Shown piece by piece: positions 30,001-43,733 of a stretch of 64,000 nt of DNA (position 1 is its first letter; the number at the start of each line of letters is the position of its first letter). The stretch covers positions 31,744,001 to 31,808,000 of the forward strand of contig OZ024746.1 of the NCBI GenBank assembly GCA_964016885.1. Direction: 5' to 3'. The position numbers and the translations under genes are program-made. Source of the DNA: Eledone cirrhosa. Its lineage: Eukaryota. The notes beneath the pieces are model-generated. The model had not been told where the DNA came from and made no database searches. It saw only the letters and a list, made by a program, of their open reading frames with translations.

Positions 30001-33000
30001 AATGGTGAAAATATGATATAGCGTGAAATTAGGACATAGAATAGTGATTGAATGAATGGATTCGAATGGAGAGAAGAATCGAGAAAAATATTTGAACGTT
30101 ACTTTATACCGCAGGAACAGCCATCCCAGAAATAGCGAGTTGGCGATTTTTTCTAATTTTGGTAGGGTTTATCTTATATGTATAGAGAGGGGGTGGGGGG
30201 AAGACCAGCATGATGTATGGGTAGGGGGTAGCAGATGGGATGGAGCAGAGGTTAAGAGTTTAAATAGGTACTCGAAGTTTTGCGTAAAACTTAGCAAGTT
30301 TAACAAAATATATTTAAGGAATATATAATAGTGATTTGTTTTGTTATGAAAATACGACAGAATATGAAAATATAACAGAATTAAACGAGAATGTAAGGTT
30401 TAAGATAAGATCGCCGTATTTTGGGCATAATTTAACAATAAACGAAAATACAAGATTTGTTTTGTTTAAGAAAATACGATAGAGAAAATGCGGTGATAGG
30501 GAAAATATGACTTTTAGAGAAAAAAATATGATATAGAATGGTGAAAATATGATATAGTGTGAAATTAGGACATAGAATAGTGATTGAATGAATGGATTCG
30601 AATGGAGAGAAGAGTCGAGAAAAAAAAGAATACGATATAGAATGGTGAAAATATGATATAGTGTGAAATTAGGACATAGAATAGTGATTGAATGAATGGA
30701 TTCGAATGGAGAGAAGAATCGAGAAAAATATTTGAACGTTACTTTATACCGCAGGAACAGCCATCCCAGAAATAGCGAGTTGGCGATTTTGACTAATTTT
30801 GGTAGGGTTTATCTTATATGTATAGAGAGGGGGCGGGGGGCAGACCAGCATGATGTATGGGTAGGGGGTAGAAGATGGGATGGAGCAGAGGTTAAGAGTT
30901 TAAATAGGTACTCGAAGTTTTGCGTAAAACTTAGCAAGTTTAACAAAATATATTTAAGGAATATATAATAGTGATTTGTTTTGTTATGAAAATACGACAG
31001 AATATGAAAATATGACAGAATTAAACGAGAATGTAAGGTTTAAGATAAGATCGCCGTATTTTGGGCATAATTTAACAATAAACGAAAATACAAGATTTGT
31101 TTTGTTTAAGAAAATACGATAGAGAAAAGGCGGTGATAGGGAAAATATGATTTTTAGAGAAAAAAATATGATATAGAATGGTGAAAATATGATATAGTGT
31201 GAAATTAGGACATAGAATAGTGATTGAATGAATGGATTCGAATGGAGAGAAGAGTCGAGAAAAAAAAATACGATATAGAATGGTGAAAATATGATATAGT
31301 GTGAAATTAGGACATAGAATAGTGATTGAATGAATGGATTCGAATGGAGAGAAGAGTCGAGAAAAAAAAATACGATATAGAATGGTTAAAATATGATATA
31401 GTGTGAAATTAGGACATAGAATAGTGATTGAATGAATGGATTCGAATGGAGAGAAGAGTCGAGAAAAAAAAAAAACGATATAGAATGGTGAAAATATGAT
31501 ATAGCGTGAAATTAGGACATAGAATAGTGATTGAATGAATGGATTCGAATGGAGAGAAGAATCGAGAAAAATATTTGAACGTTACTTTATACCGCAGGAA
31601 CAGCCATCCCAGAAATAGCGAGTTGGCGATTTTTTCTAATTTTGGTAGGGTTTATCTTATATGTATAGAGAGGGGGTGGGGGACAGACTAGCATGATGTA
31701 TGGGTAGGGGGTAGCAGATGGGATGGAGCAGAGGTTAAGAGTTTAAATAGGTACTCGAAGTTTTGCGTAAAACTTAGCAAGTTTAACAAAATATATTTAA
31801 GGAATATATAATAGTGATTTGTTTTGTTATGAAAATACGACAGAATATGAAAATATAACAGAATTAAACGAGAATGTAAGGTTTAAGATAAGATCGCTGT
31901 ATTTTGGGCATAATTTAACAATAAACGAAAATACAAGATTTGTTTTGTTTAAGAAAATACGATAGAGAAAATGCGGTGATAGGGAAAATATGACTTTTAA
32001 AGAAAAAAATAATATAGAATGGTGAAAATATGATATAGTGTGAAATTAGGACATAGAATAGTGATTGAATGAATGGATTCGAATGGAGAGAAGAGTCGAG
32101 AAAAAAAAAAAAATACGATATAGAATGGTGAAAATATGATATAGTGTGAAATTAGGACATAGAATAGTGATTGAATGAATGGATTCGAATGGAGAGAAGA
32201 ATCGAGAAAAATATTTGAACGTTACTTTATACCGCAGGAACAGCCATCCCAGAAATAGCGAGTTGGCGATTTTGACTAATTTTGGTAGGGTTTATCTTAT
32301 ATGTATAGAGAGGGGGGGGCAGATCAGCATGATGTATGGGTAGGGGGTAGAAGATGGGATGGAGCAGAGGTTAAGAGTTTAAATAGGTACTCGAAGTTTT
32401 GCGTAAAACTTAGCAAGTTTAACAAAATATATTTAAGGAATATATAATAGTGATTTGTTTTGTTATGAAAATACGACAGAATATGAAAATATGACAGAAT
32501 TAAACGAGAATGTAAGGTTTAAGATAAGATCGCCGTATTTTGGGCATAATTTAACAATAAACGAAAATACAAGATTTGTTTTGTTTAAGAAAATACGATA
32601 GAGAAAAGGCGGTGATAGGGAAAATATGATTTTTAGAGAAAAAAATATGATATAGAATGGTGAAAATATGATATAGTGTGAAATTAGGACATAGAATAGT
32701 GATTGAATGAATGGATTCGAATGGAGAGAAGAGTCGAGAAAAAAAAATACGATATAGAATGGTGAAAATATGATATAGTGTGAAATTAGGACATAGAATA
32801 GTGATTGAATGAATGGATTCGAATGGAGAGAAGAGTCGAGAAAAAAAAAATACGATATAGAATGGTTAAAATATGATATAGTGTGAAATTAGGACATAGA
32901 ATAGTGATTGAATGAATGGATTCGAATGGAGAGAAGAGTCGAGAAAAAAAAAAAACGATATAGAATGGTGAAAATATGATATAGCGTGAAATTAGGACAT

Positions 33001-36000
33001 AGAATGGTGATTGAATGAATGGATTCGAATGGAGAGAAGAATCGAGAAAAATATTTGAACGTTACTTTATACCGCAGGAACAGCCATCCCAGAAATAGCG
33101 AGTTGGCGATTTTTTCTAATTTTGGTAGGGTTTATCTTATATGTATAGAGAGGGGGTGGGGGACAGACTAGCATGATGTATGGGTAGGGGGTAGCAGATG
33201 GGATGGAGCAGAGGTTAAGAGTTTAAATAGGTACTCGAAGTTTTGCGTAAAACTTAGCAAGTTTAACAAAATATATTTAAGGAATATATAATAGTGATTT
33301 GTTTTGTTATGAAAATACGACAGAATATGAAAATATAACAGAATTAAACGAGAATGTAAGGTTTAAGATAAGATCGCCGTATTTTGGGCATAATTTAACA
33401 ATAAACGAAAATACAAGATTTGTTTTGTTTAAGAAAATACGATAGAGAAAATGCGGTGATAGGGAAAATATGACTTTTAGAGAAAAAAATATGATATAGA
33501 ATGGTGAAAATATGATATAGTGTGAAATTAGGACATAGAATAGTGATTGAATGAATGGATTCGAATGGAGAGAAGAGTCGAGAAAAAAAAGAATACGATA
33601 TAGAATGGTGAAAATATGATATAGTGTGAAATTAGGACATAGAATAGTGATTGAATGAATGGATTCGAATGGAGAGAAGAATCGAGAAAAATATTTGAAC
33701 GTTACTTTATACCGCAGGAACAGCCATCCCAGAAATAGCGAGTTGGCGATTTTGACTAATTTTGGTAGGGTTTATCTTATATGTATAGAGAGGGGGCGGG
33801 GGGCAGACCAGCATGATGTATGGGTAGGGGGTAGAAGATGGGATGGAGCAGAGGTTAAGAGTTTAAATAGGTACTCGAAGTTTTGCGTAAAACTTAGCAA
33901 GTTTAACAAAATATATTTAAGGAATATATAATAGTGATTTGTTTTGTTATGAAAATACGACAGAATATGAAAATATGACAGAATTAAACGAGAATGTAAG
34001 GTTTAAGATAAGATCGCCGTATTTTGGGCATAATTTAACAATAAACGAAAATACAAGATTTGTTTTGTTTAAGAAAATACGATAGAGAAAAGGCGGTGAT
34101 AGGGAAAATATGATTTTTAGAGAAAAAAATATGATATAGAATGGTGAAAATATGATATAGTGTGAAATTAGGACATAGAATAGTGATTGAATGAATGGAT
34201 TCGAATGGAGAGAAGAGTCGAGAAAAAAAAATACGATATAGAATGGTGAAAATATGATATAGTGTGAAATTAGGACATAGAATAGTGATTGAATGAATGG
34301 ATTCGAATGGAGAGAAGAGTCGAGAAAAAAAAATACGATATAGAATGGTTAAAATATGATATAGTGTGAAATTAGGACATAGAATAGTGATTGAATGAAT
34401 GGATTCGAATGGAGAGAAGAGTCGAGAAAAAAAAAAAACGATATAGAATGGTGAAAATATGATATAGCGTGAAATTAGGACATAGAATAGTGATTGAATG
34501 AATGGATTCGAATGGAGAGAAGAATCGAGAAAAATATTTGAACGTTACTTTATACCGCAGGAACAGCCATCCCAGAAATAGCGAGTTGGCGATTTTTTCT
34601 AATTTTGGTAGGGTTTATCTTATATGTATAGAGAGGGGGTGGGGGACAGACTAGCATGATGTATGGGTAGGGGGTAGCAGATGGGATGGAGCAGAGGTTA
34701 AGAGTTTAAATAGGTACTCGAAGTTTTGCGTAAAACTTAGCAAGTTTAACAAAATATATTTAAGGAATATATAATAGTGATTTGTTTTGTTATGAAAATA
34801 CGACAGAATATGAAAATATAACAGAATTAAACGAGAATGTAAGGTTTAAGATAAGATCGCTGTATTTTGGGCATAATTTAACAATAAACGAAAATACAAG
34901 ATTTGTTTTGTTTAAGAAAATACGATAGAGAAAATGCGGTGATAGGGAAAATATGACTTTTAAAGAAAAAAATAATATAGAATGGTGAAAATATGATATA
35001 GTGTGAAATTAGGACATAGAATAGTGATTGAATGAATGGATTCGAATGGAGAGAAGAGTCGAGAAAAAAAAAAAAATACGATATAGAATGGTGAAAATAT
35101 GATATAGTGTGAAATTAGGACATAGAATAGTGATTGAATGAATGGATTCGAATGGAGAGAAGAATCGAGAAAAATATTTGAACGTTACTTTATACCGCAG
35201 GAACAGCCATCCCAGAAATAGCGAGTTGGCGATTTTGACTAATTTTGGTAGGGTTTATCTTATATGTATAGAGAGGGGGGGGCAGATCAGCATGATGTAT
35301 GGGTAGGGGGTAGAAGATGGGATGGAGCAGAGGTTAAGAGTTTAAATAGGTACTCGAAGTTTTGCGTAAAACTTAGCAAGTTTAACAAAATATATTTAAG
35401 GAATATATAATAGTGATTTGTTTTGTTATGAAAATACGACAGAATATGAAAATATGACAGAATTAAACGAGAATGTAAGGTTTAAGATAAGATCGCCGTA
35501 TTTTGGGCATAATTTAACAATAAACGAAAATACAAGATTTGTTTTGTTTAAGAAAATACGATAGAGAAAAGGCGGTGATAGGGAAAATATGATTTTTAGA
35601 GAAAAAAATATGATATAGAATGGTGAAAATATGATATAGTGTGAAATTAGGACATAGAATAGTGATTGAATGAATGGATTCGAATGGAGAGAAGAGTCGA
35701 GAAAAAAAAATACGATATAGAATGGTGAAAATATGATATAGTGTGAAATTAGGACATAGAATAGTGATTGAATGAATGGATTCGAATGGAGAGAAGAGTC
35801 GAGAAAAAAAAAATACGATATAGAATGGTTAAAATATGATATAGTGTGAAATTAGGACATAGAATAGTGATTGAATGAATGGATTCGAATGGAGAGAAGA
35901 GTCGAGAAAAAAAAAAAACGATATAGAATGGTGAAAATATGATATAGCGTGAAATTAGGACATAGAATGGTGATTGAATGAATGGATTCGAATGGAGAGA

Positions 36001-39000
36001 AGAATCGAGAAAAATATTTGAACGTTACTTTATACCGCAGGAACAGCCATCCCAGAAATAGCGAGTTGGCGATTTTTTCTAATTTTGGTAGGGTTTATCT
36101 TATATGTATAGAGAGGGGGTGGGGGACAGACTAGCATGATGTATGGGTAGGGGGTAGCAGATGGGATGGAGCAGAGGTTAAGAGTTTAAATAGGTACTCG
36201 AAGTTTTGCGTAAAACTTAGCAAGTTTAACAAAATATATTTAAGGAATATATAATAGTGATTTGTTTTGTTATGAAAATACGACAGAATATGAAAATATA
36301 ACAGAATTAAACGAGAATGTAAGGTTTAAGATAAGATCGCTGTATTTTGGGCATAATTTAACAATAAACGAAAATACAAGATTTGTTTTGTTTAAGAAAA
36401 TACGATAGAGAAAATGCGGTGATAGGGAAAATATGACTTTTAAAGAAAAAAATAATATAGAATGGTGAAAATATGATATAGTGTGAAATTAGGACATAGA
36501 ATAGTGATTGAATGAATGGATTCGAATGGAGAGAAGAGTCGAGAAAAAAAAAAAAATACGATATAGAATGGTGAAAATATGATATAGTGTGAAATTAGGA
36601 CATAGAATAGTGATTGAATGAATGGATTCGAATGGAGAGAAGAATCGAGAAAAATATTTGAACGTTACTTTATACCGCAGGAACAGCCATCCCAGAAATA
36701 GCGAGTTGGCGATTTTGACTAATTTTGGTAGGGTTTATCTTATATGTATAGAGAGGGGGGGGGGGCAGATCAGCATGATGTATGGGTAGGGGGTAGAAGA
36801 TGGGATGGAGCAGAGGTTAAGAGTTTAAATAGGTACTCGAAGTTTTGCGTAAAACTTAGCAAGTTTAACAAAATATATTTAAGGAATATATAATAGTGAT
36901 TTGTTTTGTTATGAAAATACGACAGAATATGAAAATATGACAGAATTAAACGAGAATGTAAGGTTTAAGATAAGATCGCCGTATTTTGGGCATAATTTAA
37001 CAATAAACGAAAATACAAGATTTGTTTTGTTTAAGAAAATACGATAGAGAAAAGGCGGTGATAGGGAAAATATGATTTTTAGAGAAAAAAATATGATATA
37101 GAATGGTGAAAATATGATATAGTGTGAAATTAGGACATAGAATAGTGATTGAATGAATGGATTCGAATGGAGAGAAGAGTCGAGAAAAAAAAAATACGAT
37201 ATAGAATGGTGAAAATATGATATAGTGTGAAATTAGGACATAGAATAGTGATTGAATGAATGGATTCGAATGGAGAGAAGAGTCGAGAAAAAAAAAATAC
37301 GATATAGAATGGTGAAAATATGATATAGTGTGAAATTAGGACATAGAATAGTGATTGAATGAATGGATTCGAATGGAGAGAAGAGTCGAGAAAAAAAAAA
37401 AACGATATAGAATGGTGAAAATATGATATAGTGTGAAATTAGGACATAGAATAGTGATTGAATGAATGGATTCGAATGGAGAGAAGAGTCGAGAAAAAAA
37501 AAATACGATATAGAATGGTGAAAATATGATATAGTGTGAAATTAGGACATAGAATAGTGATTGAATGAATGGATTCGAATGGAGAGAAGAGTCGAGAAAA
37601 AAAAAATACGATATAGAATGGTGAAAATATGATATAGTGTGAAATTAGGACATAGAATAGTGATTGAATGAATGGATTCGAATGGAGAGAAGAATCGAGA
37701 AAAATATTTGAACGTTACTTTATACCGCAGGAACAGCCATCCCAGAAATAGCGAGTTGGCGATTTTTTCTAATTTTGGTAGGGTTTATCTTATATGTATA
37801 GAGAGGGGGTGGGGGGCAGACTAGCATGATGTATGGGTAGGGGGTAGCAGATGGGATGGAGCAGAGGTTAAGAGTTTAAATAGGTACTCGAAGTTTTTCG
37901 TAAAACTTAGCAAGTTTAACAAAATATATTTAAGGAATATATAATAGTGATTTGTTTTGTTATGAAAATACGACAGAATATGAAAATATAACAGAATTAA
38001 ACGAGAATGTAAGGTTTAAGATAAGATCGCCGTATTTTGGGCATAATTTAACAATAAACGAAAATACAAGATTTGTTTTGTTTAAGAAAATACGATAGAG
38101 AAAAGGCGGTGATAGGGAAAATATGATTTTTAGAGAAAAAAATATGATATAGAATGGTGAAAATATGATATAGTGTGAAATTAGGACATAGAATAGTGAT
38201 TGAATGAATGGATTCGAATGGAGAGAAGAGTCGAGAAAAAAAAATACGATATAGAATGGTGAAAATATGATATAGTGTGAAATTAGGACATAGAATAGTG
38301 ATTGAATGAATGGATTCGAATGGAGAGAAGAGTCGAGAAAAAAAAATACGATATAGAATGGTGAAAATATGATATAGTGTGAAATTAGGACATAGAATAG
38401 TGATTGAATGAATGGATTCGAATGGAGAGAAGAGTCGAGAAAAAAAAAAAACGATATAGAATGGTGAAAATATGATATAGTGTGAAATTAGGACATAGAA
38501 TAGTGATTGAATGAATGGATTCGAATGGAGAGAAGAGTCGAGAAAAAAAAAATACGATATAGAATGGTGAAAATATGATATAGTGTGAAATTAGGACATA
38601 GAATAGTGATTGAATGAATGGATTCGAATGGAGAGAAGAGTCGAGAAAAAAAAAATACGATATAGAATGGTGAAAATATGATATAGTGTGAAATTAGGAC
38701 ATAGAATAGTGATTGAATGAATGGATTCGAATGGAGAGAAGAATCGAGAAAAATATTTGAACGTTACTTTATACCGCAGGAACAGCCATCCCAGAAATAG
38801 CGAGTTGGCGATTTTTTCTAATTTTGGTAGGGTTTATCTTATATGTATAGAGAGGGGGTGGGGGGCAGACTAGCATGATGTATGGGTAGGGGGTAGCAGA
38901 TGGGATGGAGCAGAGGTTAAGAGTTTAAATAGGTACTCGAAGTTTTTCGTAAAACTTAGCAAGTTTAACAAAATATATTTAAGGAATATATAATAGTGAT

Positions 39001-40168
39001 TTGTTTTGTTATGAAAATACGACAGAATATGAAAATATAACAGAATTAAACGAGAATGTAAGGTTTAAGATAAGATCGCCGTATTTTGGGCATAATTTAA
39101 CAATAAACGAAAATACAAGATTTGTTTTGTTTAAGAAAATACGATAGAGAAAATGCGGTGATAGGGAAAATATGACTTTTAAAGAAAAAAATAATATAGA
39201 ATGGTGAAAATATGATATAGTGTGAAATTAGGACATAGAATAGTGATTGAATGAATGGATTCGAATGGAGAGAAGAGTCGAGAAAAAAAAAAAATACGAT
39301 ATAGAATGGTGAAAATATGATATAGTGTGAAATTAGGACATAGAATAGTGATTGAATGAATGGATTCGAATGGAGAGAAGAATCGAGAAAAATATTTGAA
39401 CGTTACTTTATACCGCAGGAACAGCCATCCCAGAAATAGCGAGTTGGCGATTTTGACTAATTTTGGTAGGGTTTATCTTATATGTATAGAGAGGGGGGGG
39501 GGGGCAGATCAGCATGATGTATGGGTAGGGGGTAGAAGATGGGATGGAGCAGAGGTTAAGAGTTTAAATAGGTACTCGAAGTTTTGCGTAAAACTTAGCA
39601 AGTTTAACAAAATATATTTAAGGAATATATAATAGTGATTTGTTTTGTTATGAAAATACGACAGAATATGAAAATATGACAGAATTAAACGAGAATGTAA
39701 GGTTTAAGATAAGATCGCCGTATTTTGGGCATAATTTAACAATAAACGAAAATACAAGATTTGTTTTGTTTAAGAAAATACGATAGAGAAAATGCGGTGA
39801 TAGGGAAAATATGATTTTTAGAGAAAAAAATATGATATAGAATGGTGAAAATATGATATAGTGTGAAATTAGGACATAGAATAGTGATTGAATGAATGGA
39901 TTCGAATGGAGAGAAGAATCGAGAAAAATATTTGAACGTTACTATATAACAGCCATCCCAGAAATAGCGAGTTGGCGATTTTGACTAATTTTGGTAGGAT
40001 TTATCTTATATGTATAGAGGGGGGGGGGGGGGCAGACCAGCATGATGTATGGGTAGGGGGTAGAAGATGGGATGGAGCAGAGGTTAAGAGTTTAAATAGG
40101 TACTCGAAGTTTTGTAAAACTTAGCAAGTTTAACAAAATATATTTAAGGAATATATAATAGTGATTTG
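1..40168. repeat. Satellite DNA array (right end): ~59 head-to-tail monomers, each a ~437-bp core plus 1-6 copies of a ~103-bp sub-repeat (monomer ~535/640/843/945/1050 bp)
   Basis: CGAATGGAGAGAAGAATCGAGAAAAATATTTG recurs at 1, 640, 1280 and onward. Copies are near-identical, differing mainly in G-run and A-run length plus a few SNPs. Homology stops after ...ATAGTGATTTG at 40168. Confidence 0.98.
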
Positions 40169-40752
40169 ATCTGTATATGTATATGAAACTATATAAATCA
40201 CATACACACACATACAACGCACATGTATTAGCAAGGAAAAATAGCCATTAAATGATGATGATGACAATGATATATATTTATACATACATACTTACATGTA
40301 TACACACATACATACACATATATAGCCACCCTCTTCCATGTTGGTATGGTAGGAATATTCAAAGATGATATATTGTGTAAATGTAGAATGTAAAACAATC
40401 CTGGTTGATATACAATGGAGAGATCAAATGTTACAATACCCCTCCCCCATCGGCCCCACCTTAGACCCCCTCCCCCCTCCATTCTATACTTTTGTCTTGT
40501 TCTTTTCTCTCTCTTTACTCCTTGTCAAGATTATTATCTGGCAAATAATGATTGACTTTACACTTCTGGCAATGATTGATAGGTGCTGTTTCCAAATATT
40601 ATCCATAACACCTGACTACAAGACCCACTGCACAAATTACATAGACACATGTACTTTTACATATATCAACTACTTTTACGGCTTTCACTCATTACACTAG
40701 ACTACGGTCATGCTGGGACACCAGCCTACAAGTATTTAGTCAATCATATTCA

Positions 40753-40922
40753 TTTCTAATTTAGGCACAAGGCCAGAAAAGTTTGGTGGAAGGGTTAAGT
40801 TGATTAAATTAATTTCTGTACATAACTGGTACTTTATTTTAGCGACCTTGGAAGGATGAAAGGTAAAATTAACCTTATTTGAATCTTAACACAGAATGTA
40901 AAGAACCAGAACAAATGCTGCA
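40753..40922 (-). mobile_element. Degenerate tRNA-derived SINE copy
   Basis: Shares GGCACAAGGCCAG...ACTGGTACTTTATTTT...GGATGAAAGG with the TSD-flanked copy at 43880-44075. Confidence 0.7.
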
Positions 40923-41112
40923 ATGGAACTCTAAAAGAAAAATTATTTTCCTACAAACCGGATTATTGTGAAAGCTATTAGTCATAAATAATTACTAAAT
41001 AATTATTCTTAAAGGCCAATAACATTGATCAGTTTATTTCAAAGGTTTTAATAGAATATATTCCAAATTGAGGACTAAATATCAGACTTTAGTCATTATT
41101 AATAAACACTAA

Positions 41113-41325
41113 GAGGGTGGTGAATCAGCAGAGTCAGTAGAGCGTCGGACATATGCTTAGCAGTATCTGTTCCAGTGCTTTAAGTTCTGAGTTCAAATTC
41201 TGCTGAGGTCAACTTTGCCATTCATCTTTCAGGAGTAGATAAAATAAAATATTAGTAAAGGATTGATAAAATCGACTCTCCACTCCTCCCATAATTGCTG
41301 GCTTTGTGCTTAAATTTGAAATGAT
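41113..41325 (+). mobile_element. tRNA-derived SINE, same family, opposite orientation
   Basis: B-box-like GAGTTCAAATTC, then GAGGTCAACTTTGCC...TTCATC and 3' AATTGCTGGCTTTGTGC, the reverse complement of the family motif. Confidence 0.75.
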
Positions 41326-41778
41326 TATTAGGACACACCTACTTTAGACTCCCCACTAGTAAGCCTTATAAATTCCTGAAGCAGGTTTTCATATTTGAAA
41401 AAGAGAAAACCAAAATAAAACGATGTTGTAGGGGTTGGAGAAAAATGGAATAAAATGCAGCAGTCAGAGAGTCTAAATATAATGAGAAAATCATTTGAGT
41501 ATCACACACACACACATATATATATAGTTCAAGAATAAACAAGATGAACACATGTAAAAACTCAGTCTTATTAGTTTCATGCTTGGGAATGAAGATAAAG
41601 GAAAGAAAAATGTTGCAACGGATTGGACATGTCTGTCATTGGGAAAGAGCAAAGTTTGGAGAGAGATGAGGTTGGAAGGTTGGAGAAAATAACTTTTTTA
41701 AAGATGGATGAAGTGTGTAGGCAAGTAGTCCGGCGTGAGGTAGTAGGGACTGATGTGGAAAGTTCAATTGCATCATTG

Positions 41779-41935
41779 CAGACCTGCCAACCTCTAAAAA
41801 CCCAAACAAAGTGCCCCAAAACGGGGAGAAATGAAGCAAAATGGGGAGATTTTATGTAATGAAACCTATCCCCATTTTCACAAGAGAAGACATCTCTCAC
41901 CCACCCTAAAAGCTATGTCAAATCTCCCCGTTGAC
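41779..41935. mobile_element. Truncated MITE copy related to 42225-42419
   Basis: Starts CAGACCTGCCAACCTCTAA and shares GTGCCCCAAAA...GAAATGA...GGGAGATTTTAT...CCCATTTTCACAA with 42225-42419. Confidence 0.65.
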
Positions 41936-42224
41936 TGTTATGTGTGTGCAGATGGAGTGTATTTTGTGGGTGTGCATGTTGTTGATGCTATTTCTCTTTT
42001 GTGTGTGTATGTGTGTTCTGTATCATCATCATCATCATCATTTTACGTCCACTTTTCCCTGCTTGCAAGGGTGGGACGTATATAATACCTATTATAAAAA
42101 GACAAATAAATATAAAACTCCAAAATAATTGTTTCTACTTTTGGCACAATAATAGGAAAACTTAGTACATTATCAAATCTGCGTGGAAGATGTTTCACAG
42201 CTACAGAGATGGATTACACAATGA

Positions 42225-42419
42225 CAGACCTGCCATCCTCTAAGATCCCAAATGTAACCATATTACCAAATTACCATGAAAAAACGTGCCCCAAAATGGG
42301 AAGAAATGAGGCAAAAACAGGGAGATTTTATATAATGAAAGCTATACCCATTTTCACAACAGATCTCCCAAAAGTGGGTGGGAGATCTCCTCATCAGACG
42401 GGGAGAATTGATAGGTCTG
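42225..42419. mobile_element. MITE (hAT-like termini) with a 6-bp direct flank
   Basis: Imperfect TIRs CAGACCTGCCA...TGATAGGTCTG, with CAATGA immediately on both sides. Confidence 0.7.
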
Positions 42420-43733
42420 CAATGAAATTCAAATATAAAACTAGCAATTTTTATGATCTAACGAAGGTCCATAAAAATAAACAAATAAGGGAAACATGCC
42501 ACAAATCTAAATCGAAGTAGGCAGTTTCAGATTGTGTGTTCAGAAGGCTTTTATATATATATATATACATATAAAATTACAGAGAGAGGGAGAGAGATTA
42601 GCTGAGGGTCCTAAGAATCTATAGGTTTCTATTGCTACCATCACTAAACACATAAAATATTTCTCTACAGACTAACTAAAGAACATGACTAAGATATACT
42701 ATTTATCATCCCCATATACACAATACACCTACTGTGAGGACAGAGATTTATTAACTTTCGCACAAATCTAGGAGGTATATATTTACATTTATTTGCTACC
42801 TCCAATTAAAACGTGAGCAGTACTAGAGTTGATATATATTATTCTACTCTCTCGACAAAACCAAACTTACGACAGCAAAACACGGAAAACTGTATAAAAC
42901 ACACTGTACCATTCGAAATGGTTGAGTAAGGAAATGGTATCAGGCAGTTAATTTTTATGATATGGAAGTCAGGTAAAAAGGTATGTGGGGATTTTAATTC
43001 TTTGGCATATTTCTAATTTACTGAATATAACTTAACCATTTTGATATCTAAACACTTGAAACGGGCCCTGGTATTTATGATACAGTGCTGTTTATTTTAC
43101 CTCTTTCTTCCATGGTCCTATCTACAGTCATTATTTGACGTTTTTGTGGTAGGAAGGGTATCCTACTGTAGAAACTCTGCCAAACTTGGACTGTAAGTGA
43201 GAGGACAATAACACTGATTAAGTACTGACTTTGTTTGTGATGAAACCCATCCAACCCAATCTAGCATGGAACATGCAAAAAACAAACATTAAATGAGGGA
43301 TGTTGTTGGTTGATGTTGGTGGTGGTGGTGGTGGTGTAGATGAGGATGATGATGATTATGATGATGATGGTAGTGGTGGTGATAATAGTGATATGATGAT
43401 GATGAATTATACCACAGTTCTTTTACTAAATGGCGCCAGTGTAGGTGACGGTGGATGACCAATGTTAGATAATGTGATTGATGATGCTGGTGTGGAGGTG
43501 ATAATGTTACCAACAGCTGGTGTCCTCTTGGTGAAGTAATTCTAATTATTTGGAGTTAAGAATGATGATATTGATTTCATCTTGTCTCTTGGAAATACAG
43601 GCTTTTCAGGTATCACCCTAATATTTTCTACCTTTTCAGATACCACTCACACATACGCACACATATATATGTAGGTGTGTGCACCCAGTGGGATACGGGA
43701 ATCAGTAAATCTAGGATGCCAAATTTCCTTTAA

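Noticed and set aside
681-39632. Dozens of repeated 63-106 aa ORFs (MDSNGEK..., MLSFTQN..., MFTIIYR...)
   Set aside because: These are incidental frames of the satellite. They open or close with G-run and A-run length, overlap on both strands and have no recognisable domain.
1-40168. Satellite as a CRISPR array, rDNA/5S/snRNA tandem unit, telomere or retrozyme array
   Set aside because: No unique spacers, no recognisable structural RNA gene, no (TTAGGG)n, and no CUGANGA core found on either strand of the monomer.
42340-42410. Minus-strand CTGATGA-hairpin-GAAA resembling a hammerhead
   Set aside because: Five extra bases separate the stem from GAAA, and no stem I or III pairing is possible. 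The hairpin is explained by the MITE.
42740-42931. Possible promoter or non-coding first exon (CpG-containing unique DNA ending at GA|GTAAGG)
   Set aside because: Plausible, since exon 1 has an acceptor, but it cannot be supported without transcript data.
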